From positions 1,728,001-1,792,000 of the forward strand of contig CBDBZU010000004.1 in the NCBI GenBank assembly GCA_965213625.1: 64,000 nucleotides of DNA. The letters are read 5' to 3'. This document shows, piece by piece, positions 1-12,263 of this stretch; position 1 is the first letter of the stretch, and each line of letters begins with the position of its first letter. Made by a program: the position numbers and the translations under genes. Below the pieces are notes generated by a model, which saw only the letters and a program-made list of their open reading frames with translations, was not told where the DNA came from and did not search any database. Origin of the DNA: a bacterium (GTDB lineage: Bacteria > UBA8248).

Positions 1-83
1 ATTCAGAAGCATCGAACAATCAGGACATTAAAACGAAGGAAGGCGGCAACATTTTTTTGAAACCTCGATGAGGAGAAATACAC

Positions 84-1313
84 ATGAGGAAAATTCTGTT
101 AGCTCTATTTACGATGGCGCTCGTCTTGTCGTTCACCTTGCCCTCGTATGCAGCCGACTTGAAATTCAGCGGCTTCTTCCGGGTACGTGGTTCCAGTGAA
201 AACGTCAACAAAGACGGTGACGATGACAGGGATGACAAAGCAAACTACCTGGACGCGCTCATCCGCCCGCGCTTCACGGCGAAAAGCGGCGCAGTCACGG
301 CCGTGTGGGAGCCCGAGTTCGTAAGCGCGAACGGTGGCTTCGCCATCGGCCCCGGCCGGCAGACCGTCGGCGTCAACCGCTGGGTGATCGACTTCGCCGT
401 TCCGGGCAGCGCGCTCCGCATCCGCATGGGCCGGACGGACTACTTCTCGCCGGACAAGGAAATCTATGACAGCGGCGGTCGTCATCGTGAGCCTGGCATT
501 GCACTTTACGGCAAGCTCAGCAAGAACATGTCGCTCAGCGCGTTTATGACCAAGGCGAACGAAGACGCTGGCCCAGATAACAACGATAAGACGGATTACT
601 ACATCGGCGTGGGTGTCAAGGTGACCCCCAATCTCACGCTCTCGCCGTGGGCGGCCAACTCCAGGGACGCTGCGGAAGGCGGTTATGACTACAGCTTCCT
701 CGGTATCAACGCCAAGACCAAGGTGGGCATCCTGAACGTGAACGGTTCTGTCGTCATCCAGGAAGGTGACCTCTCGAGCGGTGATGAGCTCTCGGGTTGG
801 GCCGTTCTGCTGAGGACTTCCACGACTCTCGGCAAGCTGAAGCTCAGCGGCAACCTCACGATGCTCTCCGGCAACGACGGCACCAAAGCTGGCGAAGACG
901 GACGCTTCAGGACGCCTCAGGAAGGCGGTTCCGGCTGGTTTGTCGGCGGCCACATCATGACTTCGCGCCGCTGGACGACTCTTAACAACGGTATCAGAAG
1001 CGTGCACCTGGGCGCCTTGAACGGCGCGACTGTGCTCGAGGGGCTGGCCGATTTCAAAGTCAGCAAGACCTTGACGCTGGGCGGCGGCGTATCCCTTTAC
1101 AATTCCGCCGAACCTTCCCTCGCAGCGAACACGATGGACGCGAAGGAATTCGGCACCGAGCTCAACGCCGGCTTCAAGTGGAAGATCCACTCGAACCTCG
1201 AGCTTCGCGGTGTGGGCGCCGTTATTCTGCGCGGCGATTACGGCAGAGAGATCGGCGGTTCCGAGACGGATGACGGCTGGGCGGTCGGCTGGACGCTGCG
1301 CCACATCTTCTAG
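84..1313 (+). CDS. Outer-membrane beta-barrel porin (alginate-export/major porin-like)
   Basis: Signal peptide ending SYA-A, SGFFRVRG first strand, alternating beta-strand pattern, C-terminal Phe; GAGGAG RBS and strong terminator. Confidence 0.75.
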   Translation: MRKILLALFTMALVLSFTLPSYAADLKFSGFFRVRGSSENVNKDGDDDRDDKANYLDALIRPRFTAKSGAVTAVWEPEFVSANGGFAIGPGRQTVGVNRWVIDFAVPGSALRIRMGRTDYFSPDKEIYDSGGRHREPGIALYGKLSKNMSLSAFMTKANEDAGPDNNDKTDYYIGVGVKVTPNLTLSPWAANSRDAAEGGYDYSFLGINAKTKVGILNVNGSVVIQEGDLSSGDELSGWAVLLRTSTTLGKLKLSGNLTMLSGNDGTKAGEDGRFRTPQEGGSGWFVGGHIMTSRRWTTLNNGIRSVHLGALNGATVLEGLADFKVSKTLTLGGGVSLYNSAEPSLAANTMDAKEFGTELNAGFKWKIHSNLELRGVGAVILRGDYGREIGGSETDDGWAVGWTLRHIF

Positions 1314-1354
1314 CAATATGACGGACCTTCGCGTTCTCACTTGACGCGACGACG

Positions 1355-1385
1355 ACCGGGGGGCTTCGGCCCCCCGGTTTTTTTT
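1355..1385 (+). terminator. Rho-independent terminator of porin gene
   Basis: ACCGGGGGGC-TTCG-GCCCCCCGGT hairpin followed by T-tract. Confidence 0.9.
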
Positions 1386-1415
1386 GTATGGAAATATTTG
1401 CGACGGCATTACGCT

Positions 1416-1552
1416 GCAGGGACAGGCCTACGTGCCTGTCTTGATGAAGGCCTTCTTGCCGATGAAAGCGAAGGACAACCACTGAATGTTGTCCCTAAAG
1501 GACCGGACCAGGAATCACGAAGGGCAGGACAGCCCGAAAGGGTTATCCCTAC
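1416..1552. repeat. Cluster of three GTAG-type REP-like hairpins
   Basis: GCAGGGACAGGC..GCCTGTC (1416-1440), GGACAAC..GTTGTCCCTA (1473-1497), GGACAGCCC-GAAA-GGGTTATCCCTAC (1527-1552). Confidence 0.55.
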
Positions 1553-1581
1553 GCCTGCCTTCTGGCGCTGGTTGCATATTT

Positions 1582-1857
1582 GGGGTTGTTGGAAAACACT
1601 GTTTAGAGAACCCCGAAGAAGGGAGAGTTTATCGGTTCGCTCACCGCTCTAAATAGGGCGCCTTTCCCTCACCCCGAGTAGGCGCCGAAGGTAAAACTCG
1701 ACTGAGGAAGGAGCGTTTGTATCGAAGGGCGGAGGGGAGTCGAACGCCTTGCGTTGGGGCGAGAATGCAATTCCTCTTTCATTAGTCGGAATTGACCTTC
1801 GATACGCGGTTTCACCGCTACTCAGGATGAGACGGAGAGGACTTTTTCAACAGCCCC
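1582..1857. mobile_element. MITE-like element (276 bp) with IS1182-type terminal inverted repeats
   Basis: Ends GGGGTTGTTGGAAAA / TTTTTCAACAGCCCC resemble the IS at 32973; internal IR pairs CTCACCCCGAGTAG/CTACTCAGGATGAG and GTATCGAAGG/CCTTCGATAC. Confidence 0.7.
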
Positions 1858-1979
1858 ATATGCCCACTCCGCCCGCATTTCAGACGATATCGCTTGAGGG
1901 GTTTGGCGGGGGATGGTATATCCTTGGTGCGTAGCCGCGCGTTCGTCCGAAACGACACACATCAGGGAAAGAGCGAGAA

Positions 1980-3119
1980 ATGAACAAGCACCACCTCATG
2001 GCCCCCGGTCCCACGCCGGTTCCTCACCGGGTGCTCGAAGCGATGGCGCGGCCCCTGATCCACCACCGGACGCGAGAGTTCGAGGCGCACTTCGAAGGAG
2101 CGCGGCGCGATCTGGAATGGCTCTTCCAGACGAGCGGCGACGTCATCACCCTCGCCGCTTCTGGTTCGGGCGGCATGGAGGCGGCGGTGGCGAACCTGCT
2201 CTCTCCGGGCGATTCCGCGCTCGTCATCGAGGGCGGCAAGTTCGGCGAGCGCTGGACGGAGCTTTGCGCGGCGTACGGGGTCGAGGCGGACGTCCTGGAG
2301 GTGGAATGGGGCCGTTCGGTCGACTTGAATGTTCTGGAGGCGCGCCTCGAGCGTGGAGGGCACAAGGCCCTGCTGATGCAGGCGAGCGAGACCTCCACGG
2401 GCGCCAAGCACGACGTCCATGCCGTCGCGAGGGTCGTGCGCGAGCGATCGCCAGAGACGCTCGTGGTGTTGGACGCCATCACGGCTCTTGGCGTTTATGA
2501 TCTCAAGACCGAGGATTGGGACCTGGACGTGGTGATCACGGGGAGCCAGAAAGCGCTCATGCTCCCGCCGGGACTGGCCTTCGTCTGGCTGAGCGAGCGG
2601 GCCTGGCGCGCCACGGCGGATTCGACTTCGCCCAGGTATTATTTCGACCTCGCCATCGAGCGTAAAAGCCAGATGAAGAACACCACCGCCTGGACGCCGG
2701 CGATTTCCCTTCTGGCGGGTCTGGCGGTCGCGCTCGACATGATGCGCGAGGAGGGGCTGGAAAATATCTTCGCGCGGCATGCGCAGCTTGCGCGGGCGAC
2801 GGGGGCGGCCGTCGAGGCTCTTGGTCTCGCCATATTCCCCCGCGATTTGAGGAGCGAGGCCGTTACCGCGGTCTGCGTGCCCGATGCAGTGGACGGGAAG
2901 GCGATTCCCCTGAGGATGCAGGATGCGCACGGCGTGACCATCGCCGGAGGACAAAACGGCTTGAGCGGCAAGATTTTCCGAATCGGGCATCTGGGGTATG
3001 TGGATTCCTCAGACGTGCTGGCAACAGTCGGCGCGCTGGAATCGACTCTCGCCGAGCTGGGCTATTCACTCCAAAGAGGATGCGGTCTCGCAGCGGCGCA
3101 GGAGGTGTTCAACGAATGA
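1980..3119 (+). CDS. Class V PLP aminotransferase (serine/alanine-glyoxylate family; probable phosphoserine aminotransferase)
   Basis: PGPTPVP, ETSTG, DAIT, GSQKALMLPPG (PLP Lys), FRIGHLG; overlaps serA start. Confidence 0.9.
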   Translation: MNKHHLMAPGPTPVPHRVLEAMARPLIHHRTREFEAHFEGARRDLEWLFQTSGDVITLAASGSGGMEAAVANLLSPGDSALVIEGGKFGERWTELCAAYGVEADVLEVEWGRSVDLNVLEARLERGGHKALLMQASETSTGAKHDVHAVARVVRERSPETLVVLDAITALGVYDLKTEDWDLDVVITGSQKALMLPPGLAFVWLSERAWRATADSTSPRYYFDLAIERKSQMKNTTAWTPAISLLAGLAVALDMMREEGLENIFARHAQLARATGAAVEALGLAIFPRDLRSEAVTAVCVPDAVDGKAIPLRMQDAHGVTIAGGQNGLSGKIFRIGHLGYVDSSDVLATVGALESTLAELGYSLQRGCGLAAAQEVFNE

Positions 3120-4716
3120 ACCAGTCGTTTCGCGTATTGATTGCCGAGCCGCTCTCGCTGAGGGCGCATGAGATACTTAAAGACCAGCAGGGCTTTGAAG
3201 TCATCGACCTCACCTCCTCCTCGCGTGAGGAAATACTCGAAGCGGTCAAGACCGCCGACGCGCTCATCGTCAGGAGCGGCACGCGGGTGGATGATGAGCT
3301 TCTGGGCGTAGGCGAGACGCTCAAGGTGGTCGCGCGCGCAGGCATCGGGGTGGACAACGTGGACCTCGAGGCCGCCAGTATGCGCGGCATTCTGGTGGCG
3401 AACGCGCCCGACGGCAACGTCATCACCACGGCGGAGCACACCATCGCCATGATGTTCTCGCTGGCGCGAAAGATTCCCTCGGCGGTCTCCTCCCTCAAGG
3501 GAGGGAAATGGGAGCGCAGCCGTTTCGTGGGGAGCGAGCTTACCTCAAAAACACTGGGCGTCGTGGGCATGGGGCGCGTGGGTTCGCAGACGGCGACGTT
3601 CGCCCGCAGCCTGGGTATGAACGTACTCGCCTACGATCCCTACATCTCCGCAGAAGTGCTCTCCCAGCGCGGGGTGAACCCGGTGGACTTCGAGGAACTG
3701 CTGGCCAAATCCGACTACATCACACTGCACGTGCCCAAGAACACCGAGACGGGAAACCTGATCGGCGCTGCGGAAATCGACCTGATGCGCGACGGCGTTC
3801 GCATTATCAACTGCGCGCGCGGGGGGCTGATAAACGAGGAGGCGCTGGCCGAGGCGCTCGACAGCGGAAAGGTCGGAGGCGCGGCGGTGGACGTATACCA
3901 ACAGGAGCCTCCCGACCCGGACGACCCGCTCATCGGACGGGACGACGTCGTCTGCACGCCGCATCTGGGCGCCTCGACCACCGAGGCGCAAGAGAACGTG
4001 GCTGTCAGCGTGGCGAAGCAGGTCGTGGAATATCTTACCGAAGGCGTGGTCGGCCACGCGGTGAATCTACCCTCTCTGAGTCCCGAGGTGCTCGAGCAAA
4101 TCGGCCCCCATCTGGATCTGGCCGATCGCCTGGGTGATTTCCTGGCCCAACTCGCCGGCGGGGGATTGCAAACGCTCGAAGTGGTATACGGCGGCTCCGT
4201 CGACATACCCATGAAGGCGCTGGCCGCTTCCGCCATCAAGGGGATGCTGGGCCGGTTCCTCTCCAGCGTCCGCGTGAATATGGTGAACGGCCTCCTGCTC
4301 GCGAAAGAACGCGGCATCGAGGTGAGGACGACGACTCGTACGGAGAATCTGCTCTATACGGATTTGATCGAACTTCGCGTGAAGACCGACTCGGGCGAGC
4401 GCTCCGTGGCGGGGACTTTTCTCCGCAAGAACGACCCCAGAATCGTTCGGATAGACGACTATTCGGTCGACGTGGCGCTCCGCGGCTATCTCCTCATATT
4501 CCGAAACGAAGACCGGCCCGGCATGATCGGCAAGATGGGCACCCTGCTGGGGAATCACAACATCAACATCGCCGGCATGCAGCTGGGGCGCGTATGGCAG
4601 CATGACATGGCCGTCGCCGTCCTGATACTCGACGATCCGGTGCCCGAACCCGTCATGGAAGAGGTTCGCGCCATTCCCCACGTCTATGACGCCTGCCTCG
4701 TCAGGTTGGGTTTTTC

Positions 4717-4720
<4 letters not shown>
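3116..4720 (+). CDS. serA: D-3-phosphoglycerate dehydrogenase
   Basis: RAGIGVDNVD, GMGRVG, NCARGG, TPHLGAST, C-terminal ASB+ACT (DRPGMIG); ATG at 3116 overlaps upstream TGA. Confidence 0.95.
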
Positions 4721-7325
<2,605 letters not shown>

Positions 7326-7451
7326 TCGGATTTCTTCAACCCGGCGACTTTGTCCCGTACGGTGTTTTCCTGTGATAAAATAATTCGTTTGGATTCGGTA
7401 TAATAGACCGAATCGCACGCTTGGCCGCCAGGATTTTGGTAGGGAAAAACA

Positions 7452-8348
7452 ATGGCCCCTGAAAATGTGTCTTTAAGCTTGGCTTTCGCGGCGGGGGTGC
7501 TCAGTTTCGCCTCCCCGTGCATCCTCCCGCTGGTTCCCAGTTATCTTTCCTATTTGACGGGTTTGTCCTATGAGGAAATAAGAGAGAGCGGCGAGGCCGC
7601 CCGCGTGAGAAGCGTTATCCTGATAAATTCCCTGTTCTTCGTGGCGGGGTTTTCTATCGTCTTCATCATGTTGGGCGCCAGCGTGTCCTATGTGGGAAAT
7701 ATACTCTTTCAATATCAGGATCACGTCAGACTGCTGGGCGGCATCTTGATAACCATGTTCGGTCTTTATGTCGGCGACAGGGCCTTTGATTTCCGGCTCC
7801 AGATGTTTTTCTCGGGAAAACCGACCGGCGTGAGCGGCGCTTTCGCCGCCCTGGTATTCCTGGCGGGGCTGATGGGTCTACAATTGGGCTACCCCACACT
7901 CGGTGGCGTGCTCACGGCCGTCGCCCTATATGTCTTCATGGCCGTTTTCGCGCCAGTGCTCTCGTCTGAAAACCGTATCATGCTGAAAAGCAAGCCTGCC
8001 GGCTGGCTCGGCAGTATGCTGGTCGGTATCACGTTCGCCGCCGGCTGGACGCCTTGCGTCGGCCCGATTCTGGGCAGCATTCTATTGTTCGCCGGAACGC
8101 ATCAAACGGCGGGACAGGGCGTCGTTCTGCTGGCGAGCTATTCCGCGGGCCTGGGTGTCCCGTTCCTCTTGAGCGGTCTGGGCGTTGGTTATTTCTTCCG
8201 GTTCTATCAATCGTTCCGGCGCTATTTCCGTGGGGTCGAAATCGCGAGCAGCGCCATGCTTCTGCTGGTGGGCGTTTTGCTGATCTCGAACTACCTGAAC
8301 GCCATTTCCTCTTATCTCATCTTCTGGACGGGATTCGCGGGCATCTAG
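7452..8348 (+). CDS. ccdA: Cytochrome c biogenesis protein CcdA
   Basis: SFASPCILPLVP and GWTPCVGPIL redox-Cys motifs, multiple TM helices. Confidence 0.9.
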   Translation: MAPENVSLSLAFAAGVLSFASPCILPLVPSYLSYLTGLSYEEIRESGEAARVRSVILINSLFFVAGFSIVFIMLGASVSYVGNILFQYQDHVRLLGGILITMFGLYVGDRAFDFRLQMFFSGKPTGVSGAFAALVFLAGLMGLQLGYPTLGGVLTAVALYVFMAVFAPVLSSENRIMLKSKPAGWLGSMLVGITFAAGWTPCVGPILGSILLFAGTHQTAGQGVVLLASYSAGLGVPFLLSGLGVGYFFRFYQSFRRYFRGVEIASSAMLLLVGVLLISNYLNAISSYLIFWTGFAGI

Positions 8349-8352
8349 CGTT

Positions 8353-8634
8353 TCAGCGCACCTCGAACGTGGCCGGCGCCCCGCTAGGTGTTATCTCCTC
8401 TTCAAGGATGTCATAGACGTTCGCCAGCGGCGGCCCCTCCCTGCACCATGCAATGAGGGCCTCGAGCGCTGAACTCTCGCCTTCGGCGACCAACTCCACG
8501 CTCCCGTCGCCTAAGTTTCTCACCCACCCGGTGAGGCCGAGTTCCCGGGCGATTTCCTGGGCGCTGCCCCGGTACCATACGCCCTGCACACGGCCCCTGA
8601 TGATGAGGCGAATCCGCCGCGTCTTCTCTTGCAT
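8353..8634 (-). CDS. acyP: Acylphosphatase
   Basis: [19 protein letters not shown]. Confidence 0.93.
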   Translation of the reverse strand: MQEKTRRIRLIIRGRVQGVWYRGSAQEIARELGLTGWVRNLGDGSVELVAEGESSALEALIAWCREGPPLANVYDILEEEITPSGAPATFEVR

Positions 8635-8813
8635 ATTGAGGCGGCGCTCACCCGGATTGCGCGCAGGTTTCGGGCAGTCTGGGTACGTCCAGCGCGCTGA
8701 TGATTCTACCGGCGAGGGTTGAATGGGCGCAGGAGTCCGGGGAATTCAAAAGGTCTTCCTCATACGCGTCCGGGGACGTAATTCGTCATGATTGGCGGGG
8801 CGCTCGTAAGGGA

Positions 8814-9581
8814 CTAATCCGAATCATCGTCATCGTCGTCTTCCCATTCCTTCTCCCTTTCTTCCTCGCGCTTTTTCTTTCGCTTCATGATGATTTTCGA
8901 GACGATGATGCTGATCTCGAACAACACGATGACGGGGCCTGCGAGAAATACCTGCGTCACCACGTCGGGCGGCGTGAGCAAAGCGGAGAGGACGAATGCG
9001 CCGACGAAGACGTACCCGCGGTTTTTCGAGAGGAATTCGGGTGTGATGACGCCGATCTGCACAAGCAGGATAGTGACGATCGGCACCTCGAACACCAGAC
9101 CGAACGTAAAGATAAGCTTGAAGGCGAAGGAGATGTAAAAACCTATCGAAATCTGGGGCGTCAGGTTTTCGGTGGCGAAGCTCAACAGAAATGCGAGACC
9201 GTAAGGAAGAATGAGGAAGTAACAGAAAAGAGCGCCGACGATGAAGCTCAGCGTCGAGAAAAACACGAAGGGCACGATGTAGCGTTTCTCCCTGTGCAGC
9301 AGCCCCGGGGCGCAGAAGCGCCAAATCTGAAACAGGATGATGGGAAGGCTGATGAACACCGAGCCGAAAAACGAGACCTTGATATGCGCGAAAAACGCTT
9401 CCGTCGGCGAGAGGAAAACGAGTTTCTGTCCGGCGATGGGACGCTGCATGAAATTAAGCAGTTCGGCAGAAAAAAAATAGGCGCCCAGAAACACGACGAG
9501 AATCGTGCCCAGGATGTAGAGTATTCTGTTGCGCAACTCTGTCAGGTGCCCGGTGAGGGGCATGGATGATTCGCCGCTCAC
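8814..9581 (-). CDS. tatC: Twin-arginine translocase subunit TatC
   Basis: HLTELRNR, SPTEAF, WRFCAPGL, FEVP, TPPD; start may instead be ATG at 9563. Confidence 0.95.
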   Translation of the reverse strand: MSGESSMPLTGHLTELRNRILYILGTILVVFLGAYFFSAELLNFMQRPIAGQKLVFLSPTEAFFAHIKVSFFGSVFISLPIILFQIWRFCAPGLLHREKRYIVPFVFFSTLSFIVGALFCYFLILPYGLAFLLSFATENLTPQISIGFYISFAFKLIFTFGLVFEVPIVTILLVQIGVITPEFLSKNRGYVFVGAFVLSALLTPPDVVTQVFLAGPVIVLFEISIIVSKIIMKRKKKREEEREKEWEDDDDDDSD

Positions 9582-10033
9582 GTCTGCTTGTCGTCCTCTC
9601 GCGCGGGTTCGGTCTTATCCTCGGCCGCTTCGTTCTCCGTGGCGGCGGCCTCGATCTCTTGCTCGGCATCGCCTGCCTCTGGCGTGGGTTCGTCCGTTTC
9701 TGTCCGGATAGGATCTGCGGTCTGCTCCGCCGTGTCGTTTTCTTCTTCTTTATCTTCTTCCTGATCGCCTGCGTCGTTGTCGTCGTCTTTTTCGTCGTCT
9801 GATTCCTCGTCGCTTGTTTTTTTCTCTTTTTCCTTGCCTTCCTCATCCAGCACGTCGAGATCGTAATCGTCTTCCATGCTGAAGCTGCTCTGGAAGTCCG
9901 ACGTTGCGCGCTTGAAGTCGCCCAGGGCCTTTCCGAGCGTACGGGCCAACTCCGGTAGACGCTTGGGTCCGATGACGACCAGGGCGACCACCATAATTAC
10001 GATTAACTCCGTCATTCCGATGCTTCCGAACAA
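9578..10033 (-). CDS. tatB: Twin-arginine translocase subunit TatB with acidic tail
   Basis: FGSIGMTELIVIMVVALVVIGPKRLPELAR; TTG start at 10033 with GAGGAG RBS; upstream of tatC. Confidence 0.85.
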   Translation of the reverse strand: MFGSIGMTELIVIMVVALVVIGPKRLPELARTLGKALGDFKRATSDFQSSFSMEDDYDLDVLDEEGKEKEKKTSDEESDDEKDDDNDAGDQEEDKEEENDTAEQTADPIRTETDEPTPEAGDAEQEIEAAATENEAAEDKTEPAREDDKQT

Positions 10034-10151
10034 GGCTGCTCTCCTCAGGAATAGACCACGTATTTGGGTTATACCAAAACACACGCGCATGGTGAACGAG
10101 CTTACCGGTAAAGGGCTATGATCCTCATGCGCTTTCTGCTACATTTGGTGA

Positions 10152-12074
10152 ATGTCCAGCGACCGACGGCTCATGTCTTCTCAAAAACGCAGGCTTAAAG
10201 TTCAGGAAGCGGCGCGAGAGAAAAGGGTGGTGATTCAAGAATCAGCCGCATTTCAATATGTCCGTAATGCCTTGAACCTCAAAGAGATAGACGACTCGAC
10301 AGCGTTCGATATTCTTGGCCCCCTTTTTGAAAATATCGCCGTGAACGGATCGAACGGCCTCATGAGCGAGAAAGAGGCCGCCCGTTTACTCTCCCGCCCG
10401 CATCTTCCCGATACCACATTCGCCATCGTCGATATCGAGACCACTGGCGGGCGTCCTCCCCAGCACCGGATTACGGAGTTGGCCGCCGTCAAGGTTCGCG
10501 CCGGCGAAGTGGTGGATTCCTGGGACGCCCTGGTCAATCCGGGCAGGGAGATTCCCTGGAACGTCGTTCGCCTGACGGGCATCACCGACGCCATGGTGGC
10601 TGACAAACCGGGGCTGATGGAAGTGCTGCCCGGATTTCTGGATTTCATCGATGGGTGCGTGTTTGTCGCCCATTGTGCGAATTTCGACCTCCATTTTCTT
10701 CAGTATTACGCAAAAGAGTTCCTGAAGCGCGATTTCTCGCCTCAGGTACTTTGCACGTTCGAATTGGCGAATCAGTTGCTGCCGGGCCAAAAACGCTTCA
10801 ACCTCGGGGAATTGAGCGCGTCCCTAGGTCTTCTCGATTCGAAGGAGGGAAGACACCGCGCTTTGAGCGATGCGCAGGCGACGGCGCATATATTCATCCG
10901 CTTTACGCAGATGTGCCGGCTGCTGGGGCTGGACAGCCTCGAATCCATGATCGAGTTTCAACAACCAGACGAGGGAATTCTTCCACCGATGGCGGAGGGG
11001 GTTCGGATCGACCCGGCGAAGATTGAGTCTCTCCCGCGTGATCGCGGCGTTTTTCGCCTCTATGACAAGGACGAAAGACTCGTGTTCGCGGGCAAGGCCA
11101 ACGACATGCAGCGGGCGGTGCGGGATATGTTCTTTCCAAAAAATCGCTCCGCCGGCCGGTTTGCACTCAGACTCAAGAGCGTGCGCCATGTGGAGGCGAA
11201 GAGCCTCCTGAGCGAATTGGCCATGAACGTCGAGGCTTTCCGCGCTATGCGAAAATCCAGCCTCATGAACGGGAACCACGCCGTAGCGGGCGGGGGGTTT
11301 TTGAGGCTCTCGTCCGATGGCGACCGGCCCGGGGTATCCTTTGTATCCCGTCTCGCTCTCGACGGCGCCAGCTACTATGGCCCGTTTCGGAAAAAAGCGC
11401 AGCTCGCCGAATTGCTGGAGGCCATTTGCGCGGCCTTTCCGCTCCCCTACGAAGCGCCGGAATCGCACCGCGACGCCAAGAAGCGCGGGGCATTCCCTCG
11501 CGGGAGAAAACGGCCCCGGCTACCGGATGCACATGATGCGGTATTGTTCGAAGCGTTGCGGGATATCCTGGAGGGCCGTCTCCCGAAAGAGGATGAGAGC
11601 GTGTTTTCCCTTCTGCAGAAGGCCTGGGGCGAAGAAGGGCCATCGCCGGGCAGGTTGAGACGCCATATCGCCCGTCTTCATCATCTCGCGCGTATGTACG
11701 CCCTCTCGGGGCCGTCCGTCGAGAAGAGAAGGCTCATCATCGTCGAACCCGGCCAGACGCGTGAGGAGAGATATTGCTATTTCATCAAGGATGGGCTCCT
11801 TGCGCATGAGATATCCTTCGAGAAAAACGAGCCGCCCGTTCGCGCCCTGGCAGAGAAGATAGAAGAGATATTTCTTGACGAGCGCTTCGCTGGACCCAAA
11901 GCGGCACCGGAGGAATTGGACGAGGCTGCGGTGTTCGCGGGCTGGATGAGGCGCGAGTTGATGGATGGCTTCATGCTGAATCTCGAGGACCGCGCCGCCT
12001 CGGCAGATGTGATGGAGGCGCTCCTCGGCGCGCTCGACGACCCGCAGGCGGCGGGAACGACGATAACCTTTTGA
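10152..12074 (+). CDS. DnaQ-like DEDDh 3'-5' exonuclease fused to a degenerate GIY-YIG/UvrC-like domain
   Basis: DIETTG, AHCANFD, HRALSDA, then LPRDRGVFRLYD..VFAGKA and YYGPF. Confidence 0.8.
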   Translation: MSSDRRLMSSQKRRLKVQEAAREKRVVIQESAAFQYVRNALNLKEIDDSTAFDILGPLFENIAVNGSNGLMSEKEAARLLSRPHLPDTTFAIVDIETTGGRPPQHRITELAAVKVRAGEVVDSWDALVNPGREIPWNVVRLTGITDAMVADKPGLMEVLPGFLDFIDGCVFVAHCANFDLHFLQYYAKEFLKRDFSPQVLCTFELANQLLPGQKRFNLGELSASLGLLDSKEGRHRALSDAQATAHIFIRFTQMCRLLGLDSLESMIEFQQPDEGILPPMAEGVRIDPAKIESLPRDRGVFRLYDKDERLVFAGKANDMQRAVRDMFFPKNRSAGRFALRLKSVRHVEAKSLLSELAMNVEAFRAMRKSSLMNGNHAVAGGGFLRLSSDGDRPGVSFVSRLALDGASYYGPFRKKAQLAELLEAICAAFPLPYEAPESHRDAKKRGAFPRGRKRPRLPDAHDAVLFEALRDILEGRLPKEDESVFSLLQKAWGEEGPSPGRLRRHIARLHHLARMYALSGPSVEKRRLIIVEPGQTREERYCYFIKDGLLAHEISFEKNEPPVRALAEKIEEIFLDERFAGPKAAPEELDEAAVFAGWMRRELMDGFMLNLEDRAASADVMEALLGALDDPQAAGTTITF

Positions 12075-12263
12075 TTTGTCTTTTCTGCGTTGCTCGGCGC
12101 GGAATTTCGAGCATTCCAGGAAATAGTTTTCTTGCGCGCCACTCTTCGGTGTGCTATTTTTTTTAACGTCTCTTTCCGAGATTTTCGTCTGTAAATTGAA
12201 TACGGGTTGTGGGGTGCGGGACGGGTTTGCTCGCTTTATTCTCTACAAGAAGGTTCCGCGACC

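Noticed and set aside
105-1409. Long antisense ORFs (also 1962-2990, 6186-7418, 8700-9569, 19434-20531, 26444-27472, 32969-34591)
   Set aside because: They mirror well-supported genes on the opposite strand, have no motifs and are expected at high GC
9578-9860. Low-complexity acidic repeat as a separate element
   Set aside because: It is the disordered Asp/Glu-rich tail of TatB
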